64,000 bases of DNA from Octopus vulgaris (GCA_951406725.2 OX597829.1:5084001-5148000), one strand, 5' to 3'. Numbered from the stretch's first letter, positions 13,379 to 31,905 are shown. Made by a program: numbers and translations. Notes: generated from the letters alone by a model not told the origin.

Positions 13379-13849
13379 ATATATATGTATATACACATAC
13401 ATACATATATATATATATATATACATATATACAGCTGTTTGTGTGTGTGTGTGCATACAGGATGGTTGGTCTAGATTTGACGAAATTTTCATGTCTCTCT
13501 TTTCTCAAGAACTGTTTGATATGTTGGTGTACAGTCAGCAGCGTTGGAGAGTATAAAGATTAAGGATGTAGTTGAGAAAAAAGTTAGCAGGCATGCAAGA
13601 ATTGAAACCATCTGAATATTGGGGGAAAAGTAACTTGCATTATTATGATTCATGCTAGATGTCAAAATGCTAATATTTTAGCTGTTACTCACCACTCTGT
13701 GTCCATGTCCTGTCTTACAGGACATGGACAACAGCAATAGAGACTACGAAGTTTATGGCTAACAGAAAGGGACACAGGAGGCATTCTGACTGCACCCACA
13801 TTGTGGAATTCATCTCTTCATCTTTGTGCAGGGCTTTAGACTCTCAATT

Positions 13850-14205
13850 CAGAAGACAATGTGAAACTGCTGGATATTTAGAGGGTCTTTGGCGATGATG
13901 TCATGGACAAAACTCAGATTAAGGAGTGGTACAACTGCTTCAAGCATGGCCGTACTTCAGTAGAGAGGAGGACACGCTCAGACAGCCCATCCACAAACGA
14001 GGAGCCGATTGAGAGGCTTCGGTGAATAGTCCTGGAAGATTGTCCAGGAAATTGCTCACAAAGTGGGAATAAGCACAAGACCAGTACAATCCATTTTAAG
14101 GAAGCAGAAGCAACTCCACTTGGATACAGCTCGGTGCATGTTGGACTGTGTGAACCACATCACCGGACTTCATGAAGCCCTTCATCAATGGTAACGAGAC
14201 ATTGG
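13850..14205 (+). pseudogene. Mariner transposase N-terminal fragment
   Basis: FGDDVMDKTQIKEWYNCFKHGRTSVE, then NGNETLVY (GDETW-like). Confidence 0.6.
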
Positions 14206-14227
14206 TTTATATATTTATATAGATTTT

Positions 14228-14588
14228 AGGAGCACTCCGTCGGTTACGACGATGAGGGTCCCAGCTGATACGATCAACGGAACAGCTTGCTCGTAGAATT
14301 AACGTGCAAGTGGCTGAGCATTCCACAGACACTTGTACCCTTAACGTAGTTCTCGGGGAGATTCAGTGTGACAAGGCTGGCCCTTTGAAATACAGGTACA
14401 ACAGAAACAGTGAGAGAAAGTTGTGTTGAAAGAGTAAAGCAGGGCTCACCACCACTCCCTGCAGGAGCCTTGTGAAGCTTTAGGTGTTTTCGCTCAATAA
14501 ACACTCACAATGCCCGGTCTGGGATTCGAAACCGCGATCCTACGACCGCGAGCCCGCTGCCCTAACCACTGGGCCATTGCGCCTCCAC
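14228..14588 (-). mobile_element. tRNA-derived SINE family B
   Basis: Head GTGGAGGCGCAATGGCCCAGTGGTTAGGGC...GGTTTCGAATCCC; copies at 39315 and 42610. Confidence 0.85.
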
Positions 14589-14839
14589 TTTATATAGATA
14601 TAATATTTTGTATTATACTGTTAATCTCGGTTATGATATTGCTTACTCTTTTTCCCAACAATCATCAGTAAACGTTTGTATGTAAGTAGATGTAAGACAA
14701 TTTGACTCAGTTCTGCATTACTAACAGTTTCGTAGCTATGTAAAACTCATCCACTTGTATCCAAATGTTATGAGTTTGATACTTTTTCCATTGGCTCACA
14801 GTCATGTGTGTCTATATGTGTGTGTGTGTATATATGTAT

Positions 14840-14848
14840 ATCTATCTA

Positions 14849-14880
<32 letters not shown>

Positions 14881-14925
14881 GTCTGTCTATCTATCTATCT
14901 ATCTGTCTGTCTATCTATCTATCTA

Positions 14926-14986
<61 letters not shown>
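14840..14986. repeat. (TCTA)n microsatellite
   Basis: Direct reading. Confidence 0.95.
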
Positions 14987-14987
<1 letters not shown>

Positions 14988-15142
14988 ATTATATATATAT
15001 ATATATTTATACAGATAGATAGATAGATAAATAAATATATACACACACACATACATATACATGCACACCCATATAAATGCAAGTGTGTGTTTTCTTTCAG
15101 TTTTTATTTCTATTTTCATTAGCATGTTTAGTAGTCAAAGAT

Positions 15143-15204
<62 letters not shown>

Positions 15205-15206
<2 letters not shown>

Positions 15207-15367
15207 TGCGGCAAGCTTCTTTCAGTTTCCGTCTACTAAATTCACTCACAAGGCATTGGTCTGCCTGAGGCTATAGCAGAAGACACTTGCCCAAGATGCC
15301 ACGCAGTGGGACTGAACCCGGAACCGTGTGGTTGGTTAGCAAGCTACTTACCACACAGCCACTCCTG
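15205..15367 (-). mobile_element. SINE family A, 5' half
   Basis: Matches other copies. Confidence 0.8.
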
Positions 15368-15917
15368 CTGATGTTCAGCTTGAACTAAAATTTGGTGTTT
15401 GTATGGAAAACATTGGTGGCTGGAATTAAAGAGTTGTAGTTGTTCTGAGGAAAAAGAATTGCCTGAAGTTTTTTGAACATGTTGGGAGAGGTGTCTGGAA
15501 GAAGACACCCATTGAGAGTGTGCTTGGATGGTGTGGGTATGCGCATAGCTAGTCAAGTGTAGCAAGGCCCGTTATTGTACTATATAGGAGAAAGATACAG
15601 CAATCAGATTATTTGTGCAAAGTTTTAAGTCTATTTATTGGTGATTGAAATTTTGCCAGAATATCACCATCATCATCATCATCATCATAGAGGCTGTGAC
15701 TGCAAGCTGGAAATGATAAAGAAGTAAAAAGCACAGATAAGTCTGATGCTTGTATAATATATGAATGTGTATATATTTAGCACATTTAGATGAATATATA
15801 TATGTATATATTTATAATACATATGCATGTATATACATATACAAGCATATATATATACACGCACATACATATATACACATATGTATATATATACATATAT
15901 AAATATATATATGTGTG

Positions 15918-15951
<34 letters not shown>

Positions 15952-15971
15952 GATTATATATATATATATAT

Positions 15972-16026
<55 letters not shown>

Positions 16027-16027
<1 letters not shown>

Positions 16028-16356
16028 CTGTAAAAATAATATGTGACAATTAGTCAATAGCCAAGATAAAACTCTGAGTTTCGGATGCCGAGGTGGAAAT
16101 CCACAACACCATCTCTTCAGTTATACAGATAGATAGATAGATAAATAAATATATACACACATACATACATATACATGCACACTCATATAAATAACCAAAG
16201 AGATGGTGTTGTGGATTTCCACTTCGGCATCTGAAACAGAGTTTTATCTTGACTATTGAGTAATTGTAACATATTATTTTACAGATAAATTTCCTCTATT
16301 TACATAATATTGAGGTCTCTTTCTTTCTTTCTTTTATCTTACCGTTTTTACCAATA
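16027..16356. mobile_element. Inverted pair of Penelope pLTR fragments
   Basis: 16027-16124 and 16190-16287 are reverse complements; same family as 49013-49140 and 50605-50800, which flank a GIY-YIG ORF. Confidence 0.8.
16066..16124 (-). ncRNA. Minimal type I hammerhead ribozyme motif
   Basis: AUAA CUGAAGA GAUG...CAUC C GAAA C-UCAGA-G UU|UUAU. Confidence 0.65.
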
Positions 16357-16396
16357 TATATTATAGAACAGAGAGAGTGAAAGAAAAGAGAGAGAG

Positions 16397-16430
<34 letters not shown>

Positions 16431-16659
16431 TGATGCAAATAAACACATCTGAAATTGATAAATAAAATATACATACCTACATATATACATGCAAATATAC
16501 ATAAGGATATTTATGTAGAGAGAAGCAAAAATGGAAAATATTCAGATAAACATTCCTGTACAAGTCTATAGATATTTACATATTTACTCAACAGATTTAA
16601 ATGGAGTACAAAAAGTACAGAAAACTAATTAGAGGGAGCACGGTACCTCAGCCCTATTA

Positions 16660-16893
16660 GGGCGGCGAACTGGCAGAGTCGTTATTACGCTGGGCGAAAT
16701 GTTTAGTGGTATTTCGTCTGCCGCCACGTTCTGAGTTAAAATTCCGCCAAGGTCGACTTTGCCCTTCATCCTTTCGGGGTCGATAAATTAAGTACCAGTT
16801 ATGCACTGGGGTCGATGTAATCGACTTAATCCGTTTGTCTGTCCTTGTTTGTCCTCTCTGTGTTTAGCCCCTTGTGGGTAGTAAAGAAATAGG
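16660..16893 (+). mobile_element. SINE family C
   Basis: GGCGGCGAACTGGCAGAGTCGTTA...GTCGACTTTGCC...; related copies at 35070, 35843, 37590, 51415. Confidence 0.8.
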
Positions 16894-17429
16894 TATCTCA
16901 GCCCTATTTGTCTGAATGATGGATGTTTTGATTTACGGTAATGTTTGTATACATCCACTACTGGTTACAAATCCTTCACGTTTTGCACTCTACATCTGTA
17001 ATAGTTGTAATTTGGAATTACAACTATTACATAATTCCAAGCCCCCAGAAACAGCTGTCGGACCAGAGATACCATGCTAATCACCCCATAATTTTCTGTA
17101 TTTATGTAGTCCATGTAAATCTATTCTGTAAATATACAAATACCTGTATACTTATACATCAATGCACATCTAAATATTTTCAGAATTCATTTCTCCTTAT
17201 ATATATATTTTCATATATATTTAAAGATATAAATGCATGTATATTTTATATATCAAGGTCAAACATGATTATTTGTTTATCTGTTTCGTTATCTCCAAAG
17301 CAGCTCATCTGGATTCCTCTATAGCCACTCTTTGCTCCAGAGGATTAGTTCTAAAACTTTTGGAGTGTACATTCAAATCAGTTGAGCACTACTAAATGAT
17401 TTCTCTATTGTGTATCTCTGTATCTCACC

Positions 17430-17845
17430 TGTTGACACTGTGCCTGTGCTAGTAGGGTGCCAAGAGCACCATCCGAACGTGATCGTTGCCAGAGCAGCAA
17501 ACTAGCTTCCATGCCAGTGGCACGTAAAAGGGCACCATTGGAGCGTGATCGCTACCAAAGTCACCTTACTGGCACCTGTGCTGGTGGCATGTGTAAAAGG
17601 ATTCGAGTGAGATCGTTGCCAGTACTGCCTGACTGGCCCCCATGCCGGTGGCACGTAAAAAGCCCCCCACAACACTCTCGGAGTGGTTGGCGTTAAGAAG
17701 GGCATCCAGCTGTAGAAACTCTGCCAAATCAAGATTGAAGCCTGGTGCAACCATCTGGTTCACCAGCCCTCAGTCAAAATCATCCAACCCATGCTAGCAT
17801 GGAAAGCGATCGTTAAACGATGATGATGATGATGATGATGATGAT
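17430..17845 (+). mobile_element. SINE / RTE-tail-like repeat family D ending in (GAT)n
   Basis: GGAGTGGTTGGCGTTA..AAGGGCATCCAGCTGTAGAAAC...GTTAAACGATGATGAT; many copies. Confidence 0.75.
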
Positions 17846-18299
17846 ATGAATGTATACACATCATATACGTAAATATATATTACATTAAATGCTACACTTA
17901 ACATAAATATATATAAGAATTAGGAATAATATATTATAAGTGAAAACTAACATGCATGTAGCAAACTCTGAAGGCTTAGTTAATTACATTCAAATATCCA
18001 ATCATAATTATACATATACATGTGTGTGTGTGTTTGTGTGAGTGTGTGTGTGTGTGTGTATGTCTATATAAAAATGAAAAGCATATGCATGGGTGTATGA
18101 TTTTATATGTGCACAAACACAGAGATTAGCATACACTCAGTCAGGCACAGAAAAAAACATAAATAAATAACAATAAATTACCACAAAAAAAAGAACATGG
18201 CAATAACAAAAACTTGAGAAGCATCCCAAAGACTGTTATTTACCTACTTGGCAGACATTTAAGCAGACAGCAACACATGTGTATGTGTGTGGTGTGTGT

Positions 18300-23465
<5,166 letters not shown>

Positions 23466-23474
23466 TTATCCTGG

Positions 23475-23896
23475 TCACAACTCATTAGAAATCACATCTG
23501 CAGGTTTTAACAGCATTTCAACTTTCTTTAGTGATGAATGAAGATGGATGCTATTCCACTGGACACCATCACGGACGAAATAGTTGTTATGGTGACCTTT
23601 CTTATAGTAACGGCCATTCAAATGTGAATCAAAGCAGTTGTTGAACCACCAAGCACCATGGTAATAATCAGCACAGTTGTCGTAATAGCGGCCATCATTG
23701 TCTTGGTCAACAGTACTGAATGGCATACCATCATGCTTCTCCCAATAGGAAGTGAGAGAGTCACCAGCTGTCCCATGGTAACCTCGTACGGTCAGTCGGT
23801 AAAGGTCTTTCTCGTTTGAGACACGGAAATAATCGTATTCAGCATAATAACTTTTGTCTTCCCAGTCAGTCATTTGGATTCGAAGTTTGGTATCAC
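23475..23896 (-). CDS. Fibrinogen C-terminal domain (FReD/FREP, ficolin/angiopoietin-like) protein, last coding exon
   Basis: Acceptor ttttag|GT GAT ACC; DTKLRIQMTDWEDKSYYAEY...GTAGDSL...FSTVDQDND...CA...GAWWFNNC...LNG...SLKKVEMLLKPADVISNEL*; phase matches the upstream exon. Confidence 0.95.
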
Positions 23897-24004
23897 CTAA
23901 AATAACAGTAGAAATGTAAAAAAAATTATATATATATCAAAATAAAAATATAACACAAGGAAGGAACTGCATAAAAAACATAAATGAAGAGAAGTACTTG
24001 AAAG

Positions 24005-24590
<586 letters not shown>

Positions 24591-24924
24591 TACTAGTTAG
24601 ACCCATGAAAAATTCACAGGAAATATGAAAAATGTAAACATGTGTAAATTGTGTGCTGGTGCCATAAGAAATGTTTCTATATTGTGTGACAGTTAGAGAA
24701 TATAGAAAGAAGGGTAAAACCAATGACTATATCTGAGTGCAACCAAATACACCACTATGCTTTTTTTTGAGAATATAGAAAAAAGTCTAAAACTGATGAC
24801 TATATAATCCAACCAAAATATCTCAGTTACACAAACGTAAACAGAATTACTATTTAGCCTTAGAATACATCGTACATATTCAGAGAAACTTCTTGGTTTA
24901 GGGGCACGGAATGTTCTTCTGGTA

Positions 24925-25002
24925 TTCTTTTACTTGTTTCAGTCATTTGACCAAGGCCTCGTGAATGGATTTGGAAGACAAAAACTAGATGAAGCCTATC
25001 AT

Positions 25003-25045
<43 letters not shown>

Positions 25046-25235
25046 TCCTCCAAGACTGCTTGACAGCTGGTGTTGGTGTGTTTACATTGCTCCAGCTTGG
25101 CAGTTCAGCAAAAGAGACCAGTAGAATAAGTAGTACCAGGCTTAAAAGACTAAGTACTGGGGTTAATTTGTTTGACTAAAATTCTTTCAGGCAGTGCACC
25201 AGCATGGCTGCACTGAAACAAATAAAAGATAAAAG
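24925..25235 (+). mobile_element. Diverged partial SINE family A
   Basis: Matches central and 3' parts of family A. Confidence 0.65.
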
Positions 25236-25766
25236 AATAAAAACAATCCTTTCATTGCAAAAAAAAAAAGAAAGAAAAATGGGGAAAGAATATTTAAGCC
25301 AAATATCTTTGTGTAAATATGATAAAATTCCTTGAACATTTTACATCGAACAATTGCAATTTTGAAAAAGATTTGAAAGTGCATATTCGCAGAAAATATT
25401 CTGAATCTTCTACATTTTCAGTTCTCAAAATGCATGAGGACAAATATGTTTTGAGTTATTTATTCCTGGAGGATTAAATAAAATGACAGGAGAATTTCAT
25501 CAGATTTGCTCAAGGACATTTTGCCAATTACAAAATTGAAAATTGAAGACTAATGGAGCCATTCCTGCATTCACAGGATCTCCTCGTTCAAACTTTTGAA
25601 CTTGAATTTCTATAATTTTGAATTTCTGTGTTCATTTTACATTTTGAACTTGGAAAAGACAGGCAAACTGTTGAAATATCATTCAGATCATTAAACAATC
25701 TATTTCAATCACATCATGCTCTTCATATTTATCTTCATGAAGAATTATGTCAATTCTTTTAGAATA

Positions 25767-26542
25767 TAATAACAACAACAACAATAATAATAATGTTTAA
25801 TGTTCTAATTAATCATCATCATCATCATCATCATCATCATTTAACGTCTGCTTTCCCTGCTAGTAAGGGTTGGACGGTTTGACTGAGGACAGGCAAACCA
25901 GGTGGCTGCACCAGGCTCCAATGTGATCTGGCAAGGTTTTTACGACTGGATGCTCTTCCTAATGCCAACCACTCTGAGATTGCAAAGGGTGCTTTTTATG
26001 TGCCGCCAGCACAGGTGCCAGTCAGGTGGCATTGGTATCGGTCACACTCGAATGGTGCTCTTTACATGCCACCAACATGAGAGGCAGTCAGGTGGCACTG
26101 GCATAAACCATGGTGGCACTCAGAATGCTGAGATTTATCCATAAATGCAGATGTGGGTTCTGTGATGTTTGGAAAATTGTATGAGAATTCTTTGACAAGA
26201 CAATAATAGGAACACAAATCTAGACAATCATCATCCAGCAACTAAAACTTATAAAACTAAACAAGGAGCACATACAAAATAATACAATTAATATTCTACA
26301 TCAGGGTGCCACATAAACAGCACCCTCTACACTCTCAGAGTGGTTGGCATTAGGAAGGGCATCCAGCCGTAGAAACCTTGCCAGATCAGATTGGAGCCTG
26401 GTACATCCTCCTGGTTTGCCTGTCCTCAGTCAAACCATCCAACCCTTACTAGCAGGTAAAGCAGACGTTAAATGATGATGATGATGATGATGATTAATTA
26501 GAACATTAAACATTATTATTATTGTTGTTGTTGTTGTTATTA
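25767..26542. repeat. Inverted duplication of a family D repeat plus flank (about 235-bp arms)
   Basis: 25767-26001 versus 26310-26542 as reverse complements, including the non-SINE flank AATGTTTAATGTTCTAATTAATC. Confidence 0.85.
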
Positions 26543-26884
26543 ACTAAAGCTCAAAGGACAAACCCAGTCTGTGACTTCATTTTGTCTGACCATACAGTTT
26601 CATTGAATCTATGATGCTGCATATAAAAATTCTTTTTTAACTTTATCTATCTTTAGCAAGTGAACAATAAAATTCTATACAAAAAAGTTTTATTTTTGTT
26701 GGAGTCTCAACAAATAAGTAAGATTCATTCACTTGATAATAATTATTCCAGATGCAAGATATTAAACAATGTTTTTGCCTTCCTAATTGAAGCAACATAT
26801 TCTATTGCAATGAAGATTGTGTGAATCATTACTACTATGAAGTGAGTAAATGACAGAAAATGGATTCTTCTCTTTCTTTTATTT

Positions 26885-27252
26885 TTTTTACTTGTTTCAA
26901 CCATGCTGGAGCACCGCCCTTACTCAAGTAAATCAACCCCAGGACTTACTCTTTGTAAGCCTAGCACTTTTCTATCGGATAGTTTTACTGAGCTGCTAAG
27001 TTATGGGAATGTAAACACACCAACATCGGTTGTCAAGTGATGGTTAGGGGACAAAGACTAACACATAAATACTCCCCCCCCCACATATATATATGGCAGG
27101 CTTCTTTCGGTTTCTGTCAATCAAATCCTCTCACAAGGTTTTGGTCAGCTTGAGGCTATAGTAGAAGACACTTACCCAAGGTGCCAAGCAGTAGGACTGA
27201 ACCTGGAACCATGTGGTTGGGAAGCAAGCTTCTTACCACATAGTCACTCCTG
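26885..27252 (-). mobile_element. SINE family A (older copy)
   Basis: Matches other copies. Confidence 0.8.
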
Positions 27253-27279
27253 TTGAGGAAGGTAAGTAAAGTTGGTGGC

Positions 27280-28735
27280 ACCTCATTTAACCACAAAATT
27301 ACAACCTATCCCCTACCCCCATTCATCTTACTAAAAATGGTTTAACTCTTTTAATAAAGATTTGAACATATGTTACCAATAAGCATTTTTATGAGATTAT
27401 TCTATGAATAATCTCATAAATCCAGCTTTGATGTCTATTTCAATGGGGGATTAAAATTGTTGACATGCCTTCATAAACTGGTTTTTACTCATTTTGGACA
27501 TCAACTGGATAATGGCAGCCTTTATAGAAATCTTGGGTTTAGTGATGATGTTGGTTAGTCTCCATTTAATAACACTACAAACATAGTCTTCTATGGGATT
27601 TAAATCTCCTAAGTTTGGGTAACACAAGCTTGGTGTTACATAATCATAAAGATTGTTTGACATCCATTCTTGGGTCTCGTGGGCTTTGTGAGAAGGTGCT
27701 AAGTCTTGTTAAGACACATGTAGCCTTTAACTGCATCTTTCATCCATATAGAATAAAACTCCCTCCAGCACCTCAATGTATCCATCAGATGTCTTGCAAA
27801 CAACTTGCATATGCAAGTGCTACCAGTCAAAAGCTCCGAATACCGGAAGCCAGCAAGTGTATGGGGTCATCAGGAGAGAGTGCGCGCTGTTTCGGGGCCT
27901 ACCTCTCGATGGCATCAATGCGCACTGGCCCCCCTCACTGATATGAGGTCCCGCTTGCTAGATCAGCTGGTTATCAAATTAAGCTCAATATCCTTCTAGC
28001 CATTGCTCATCGTCTCTTTTTAACCAAATCCAGTGGCTAGCCTTCTCCACTGTAGTTTGTATATCGATCATGGTGGTATTGACTTTACGATGAGTTAGGC
28101 CTAACGATAACAACAGTTGTCTCATGAAAAGCAATGTATCCAGCAGATAATCACCTCTCCTAAAACCATCAGAGTTGCTTGTGTGCATCACTCTGGGTCG
28201 TCAGCACTTAACCATCTGTCAATTTTCCTGGTAGACTGTGATTTTGGTGGAAGATTTTCTCATCAGAGAAGAATCAAAACATGACATGTTTATAAGGGCT
28301 TTTATACTTGAGTAAACACTTGTTATGGATCAAATGGTTTTCCTCTCTATCTTTGCGGACATGAAGTAGCCTCTCCTCAGTACCAACAATTTGTATCAAA
28401 TGTCCTTACGTACCACGGTTCTAGTTTTCACCCCAACATCTGAAGTTCTTTCTTTGACTTCTGGATCTTATTGATTTTCTAGGATCATCATCAATAATCT
28501 CTTGAACCCAGTTGGATAAATAGCATTGTCCAGTGTTCAAATGTTTAGGATGCCTTTTCCTCTTTGATACTGTTGAAAAATTCCCACCAGAGACTTCCAA
28601 TTTCATCTGAACTTTGTGTACAAAATATCTTGCAACATTTTAAAAATTAGCAATGTCTAAGTCACTGTGTTCCAGATATAGTAAGAATGACTGCATAGCT
28701 TTTTATTTCTTTCTTAGCATTTTAACTGAAAGGTA
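27280..28735 (-). mobile_element. Decayed maT/DD37D-like mariner interrupted by a HERO insertion
   Basis: Remnants QQDLAPSHKAHETQEW, GDLNPIEDYVCS, IIDDDPRKSIRS; boundaries approximate. Confidence 0.65.
27785..28131 (-). mobile_element. 5'-truncated HERO-like non-LTR retrotransposon with 11-bp TSD
   Basis: VEKASHWIWLKRDDEQW C-terminus; GC-rich 3' UTR; CAATGTATCCA at 27774-27784 and 28132-28142. Confidence 0.75.
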
Positions 28736-28792
28736 TCTGAAAGAAATAAAAACTCTTGATTTCAAGAGAGTATGATAATTATGTGTCCTTAA

Positions 28793-29013
28793 GCCTTTTG
28801 TTACCAACCCAGCTGAAACCAGCTCTGGCTCTGTAGTACAAATGTCTTGTTTTCGAAAGTTCCTAATTAAAATCTTCCACCAAACCTTAGTCACAATTAA
28901 TGTTCCTAACACTAGCTTAATGATAACAAAGTTATTTTCTAAATTCTTTGTTATATTTAAAATTAATTGAAAGAAACACAGAGCATCTCAAAATAAATAC
29001 AGTAACAAAAGGG
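28793..29013. mobile_element. piggyBac-type MITE
   Basis: TTAA|GCCTTTTGTTAC ... GTAACAAAAGGG|TTAA. Confidence 0.75.
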
Positions 29014-29594
29014 TTAAATACCCTTTGCACTATGTATCATATTGACCACAGAAAAGTGCTATTTGAAATGACCCAAGCAGGATTTGAACTCAGATTGCGA
29101 ACAGGTGGTATATTTAATCAACTCTTCTGTTCAACCCTTAAGGAGATTTTATCAAAATCAACTCTTTTGCAATTGTTCAGAACATGACCTTTTGTATGAT
29201 TACATCTTTCTGCCTCTCATCAGTCTTAGTAGTCTTCAAAAGAGTCAGGTTTCTTTCCCATGACTAAGCAATGAAAAATTAATTACAGTAATTTTGTTTG
29301 ATTCTATTGGTTCTTCCAATTTATCAATTTACAAGCTAAGTAAAGTTAATCTTTGAAAATCTTGATATAAATCAGTCATGGCAGACATGTGTTCAATACA
29401 TTGACAACTGTACCAGCTTAATGAAATGCCATCAGAAAAATTACTAATAAACACATTACATAGACTATTATCAGTAAAACAGTACTATTAATCACTGCAC
29501 ACACGTGTTCTTTAAATGCTGTGTAAATAAAACTTTAAATGCAGTAATGCTGTTGTCTTCATACTCTCATCAGTTAAACCCATTCTACTTTTCT

Positions 29595-29895
29595 CTAACA
29601 AAAGCACCATCTGAACGTGGCCGATGCCAGCACCTCCTTGACTGGCTTCTGTGCTGGTGGCACGTAAAAAGCACCAATCCGATCATGGCCGTTGCCAGCC
29701 TCACCTGGCACGTTAAAAGCACCCACTACACTCTCGGAGTGGTTGGTGTTAGGAAGAGCATCCAGCTGTAGAAACACTGCCAGATCAGACTGGAGCCTGA
29801 TGCAGCCGCCATAGCTTCCCAGATCCCGGTCAAACCATCCAACCCATGCTAGCATGAAGAACGGATGTTAAACGATGATGATGATGATGATGATG
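29595..29895 (+). mobile_element. Repeat family D
   Basis: Matches 17430-17845. Confidence 0.75.
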
Positions 29896-30231
29896 AACTC
29901 TTTCTGTGTTTCACTTTCCAGATCCTATATTTAGCAGTTCTTCAAGTCCTTTCATCCTGTAACTCTGCTGAGCCTCCAGAATCCTCACTGCTTTTCCATT
30001 TATCAATACTAATCTAAAAATATTAAAACTAAACTTTAACTGCAACAATATTTCTCACTAGTTCCACAGGAGCTGCAAATGGTGATGGAAAATACTCCTC
30101 ATTATTTGCTGATCTAATAAAATATAAAGTATATAAAAGCTGATTCTGTTTTAGAATTTGTTCAAGAGATTTAAATTACATACTGTAAGGTTTTAGTTGT
30201 TGCTATCTATTGTTTCTGTCATGTATGAATT

Positions 30232-30308
30232 AATAAGGGTATATGACTATATATTACTAAAGTATGTTTTATACATACTTTAGTAATATATAGTCATATA
30301 CCCTTATT
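30232..30308. repeat. Perfect 36-bp inverted repeat, 5-nt loop
   Basis: AATAAGGGTATATGACTATATATTACTAAAGTATGT-TTTAT-reverse complement. Confidence 0.95.
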
Positions 30309-31905
30309 GTATGAAAAATAACATTTTGAAACTTACAGGTAAATATTCAAATCAAATTTTATTTATCGTTGTTTATTGATGATATCATTTTATTTTTTTG
30401 TTTTTTGTTTTTCTTTAGCCATTTACTATTTACAGCGTCTATCTTTTGTCGTTTCCACTTTTGTTTAGAACTTTTATTTCAGTCTCTTCCTATCAGCTCA
30501 GCCATCTTTACATCCAGAAATGTTTTTAGTGTCAAGTTATTTTTACGTTGTTTTTCTTACCTTTTTTTGTAATGCTTTAGTTTTACGTCAAACCTTTCTT
30601 TCATTCAAAATCATCCAAATAAACAGTCTATTTATGTACATTACTTCCTTTTTCCTGTACACTGCTTTCCTCCAAACAGCTAAGCCATAATTATTTACCA
30701 CCTCAATCAGGAAATTGTATCTTTCTTCAACTCTCTATCGCTTCCATTTTATACATCAGTTTGTATACATTTATACTTTTCTTCCATACTTCCTAACTTA
30801 CTGTGGACTGCTTTCTTCTGAACAGCTCGGCAATAATCATGTTTATTACCTCAATCAAGAACTTGTAGCTTTTCTCCCTCTTCTTCCTCCTCATATTTTA
30901 TATGCCATTTCTAGTACATCTATAGTTTCCTTTCAGATGTTTTTGGAAATCAAACCATCACATGGCTACAGTCCCTCTTCAGATCTTACATTTTAACTGT
31001 TGATCCTACAAGATTGTATAAACAATCTGTGCTGCTGGGATAAACATTGACATTAGATGAAAAAGGAAAATATCTTTAAACAGCTAGGCAATAATTATAT
31101 TTATCACCCCAATCAAAAACCTCTATCTTCTTCTACACTCTTTCCTCTTTTTGTGTTTTATATACCATTTTGTACATACATCTTCAGTTTTCTTGTTCAG
31201 GAATTTGGAAATCAAACTATCATAGACTTTAACCTATGAAATGTAAGATCTACAGATCCTACATGTTAACTGTTGACCCCACAAAGCTACATGCATAGTG
31301 TTGTCGAGGCAACTGGTCATGACTTGTTATAACTAAGTTATCAAAAACTTTCATACTCTTTTTACTTTATGTATTCATGGCTCTTCTGTAATTAAATTTA
31401 TATGAGAAATGCTTCAGGTAATGGTTTGCATGACATTTCAAATGACAACTAAATATCTAAATGTCAATCTTTTTTCATTTCGTTTCTGAAATCTTTTTCA
31501 AGAACCATCTCAAAAAAAAAAAAAATGCTTAAGATTTACTTATTTCCTCTAAACCCCATCACATATTTTTTTTTTATCACAAAAGAAAAAAATATCTACA
31601 TAGCAATTTTAGGAAATTATAATTTATTAATTTGAAGAGGAAGAACAATGCCTGTAGCCACTTTAGACTTCTCTTCTTCATTGTAGGTAAAAAAAAAAAA
31701 AGTGATAACTGAATGATGTTGGCACAGTTGTTTGTAAATATGAATTATTTTGGTTTGGTAATTGGAAGGAAAAAAATGTGATGGAATAAAAATCTCTGTT
31801 GTTGGCAAATGTTAAAGAAGGCAGGATAGCTTGAACATAAAAATGTTCAGAAAAATATCTATAAGGCCAAAACCATAATTAAGGTTTGAAAGAAAAACTT
31901 TAAAA

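Noticed and set aside
14500-14588. tRNA genes (also 38254-38310, 39540-39616, 42915-42992)
   Set aside because: tRNA-like heads of repeats; no complete cloverleaf with acceptor stem seen.
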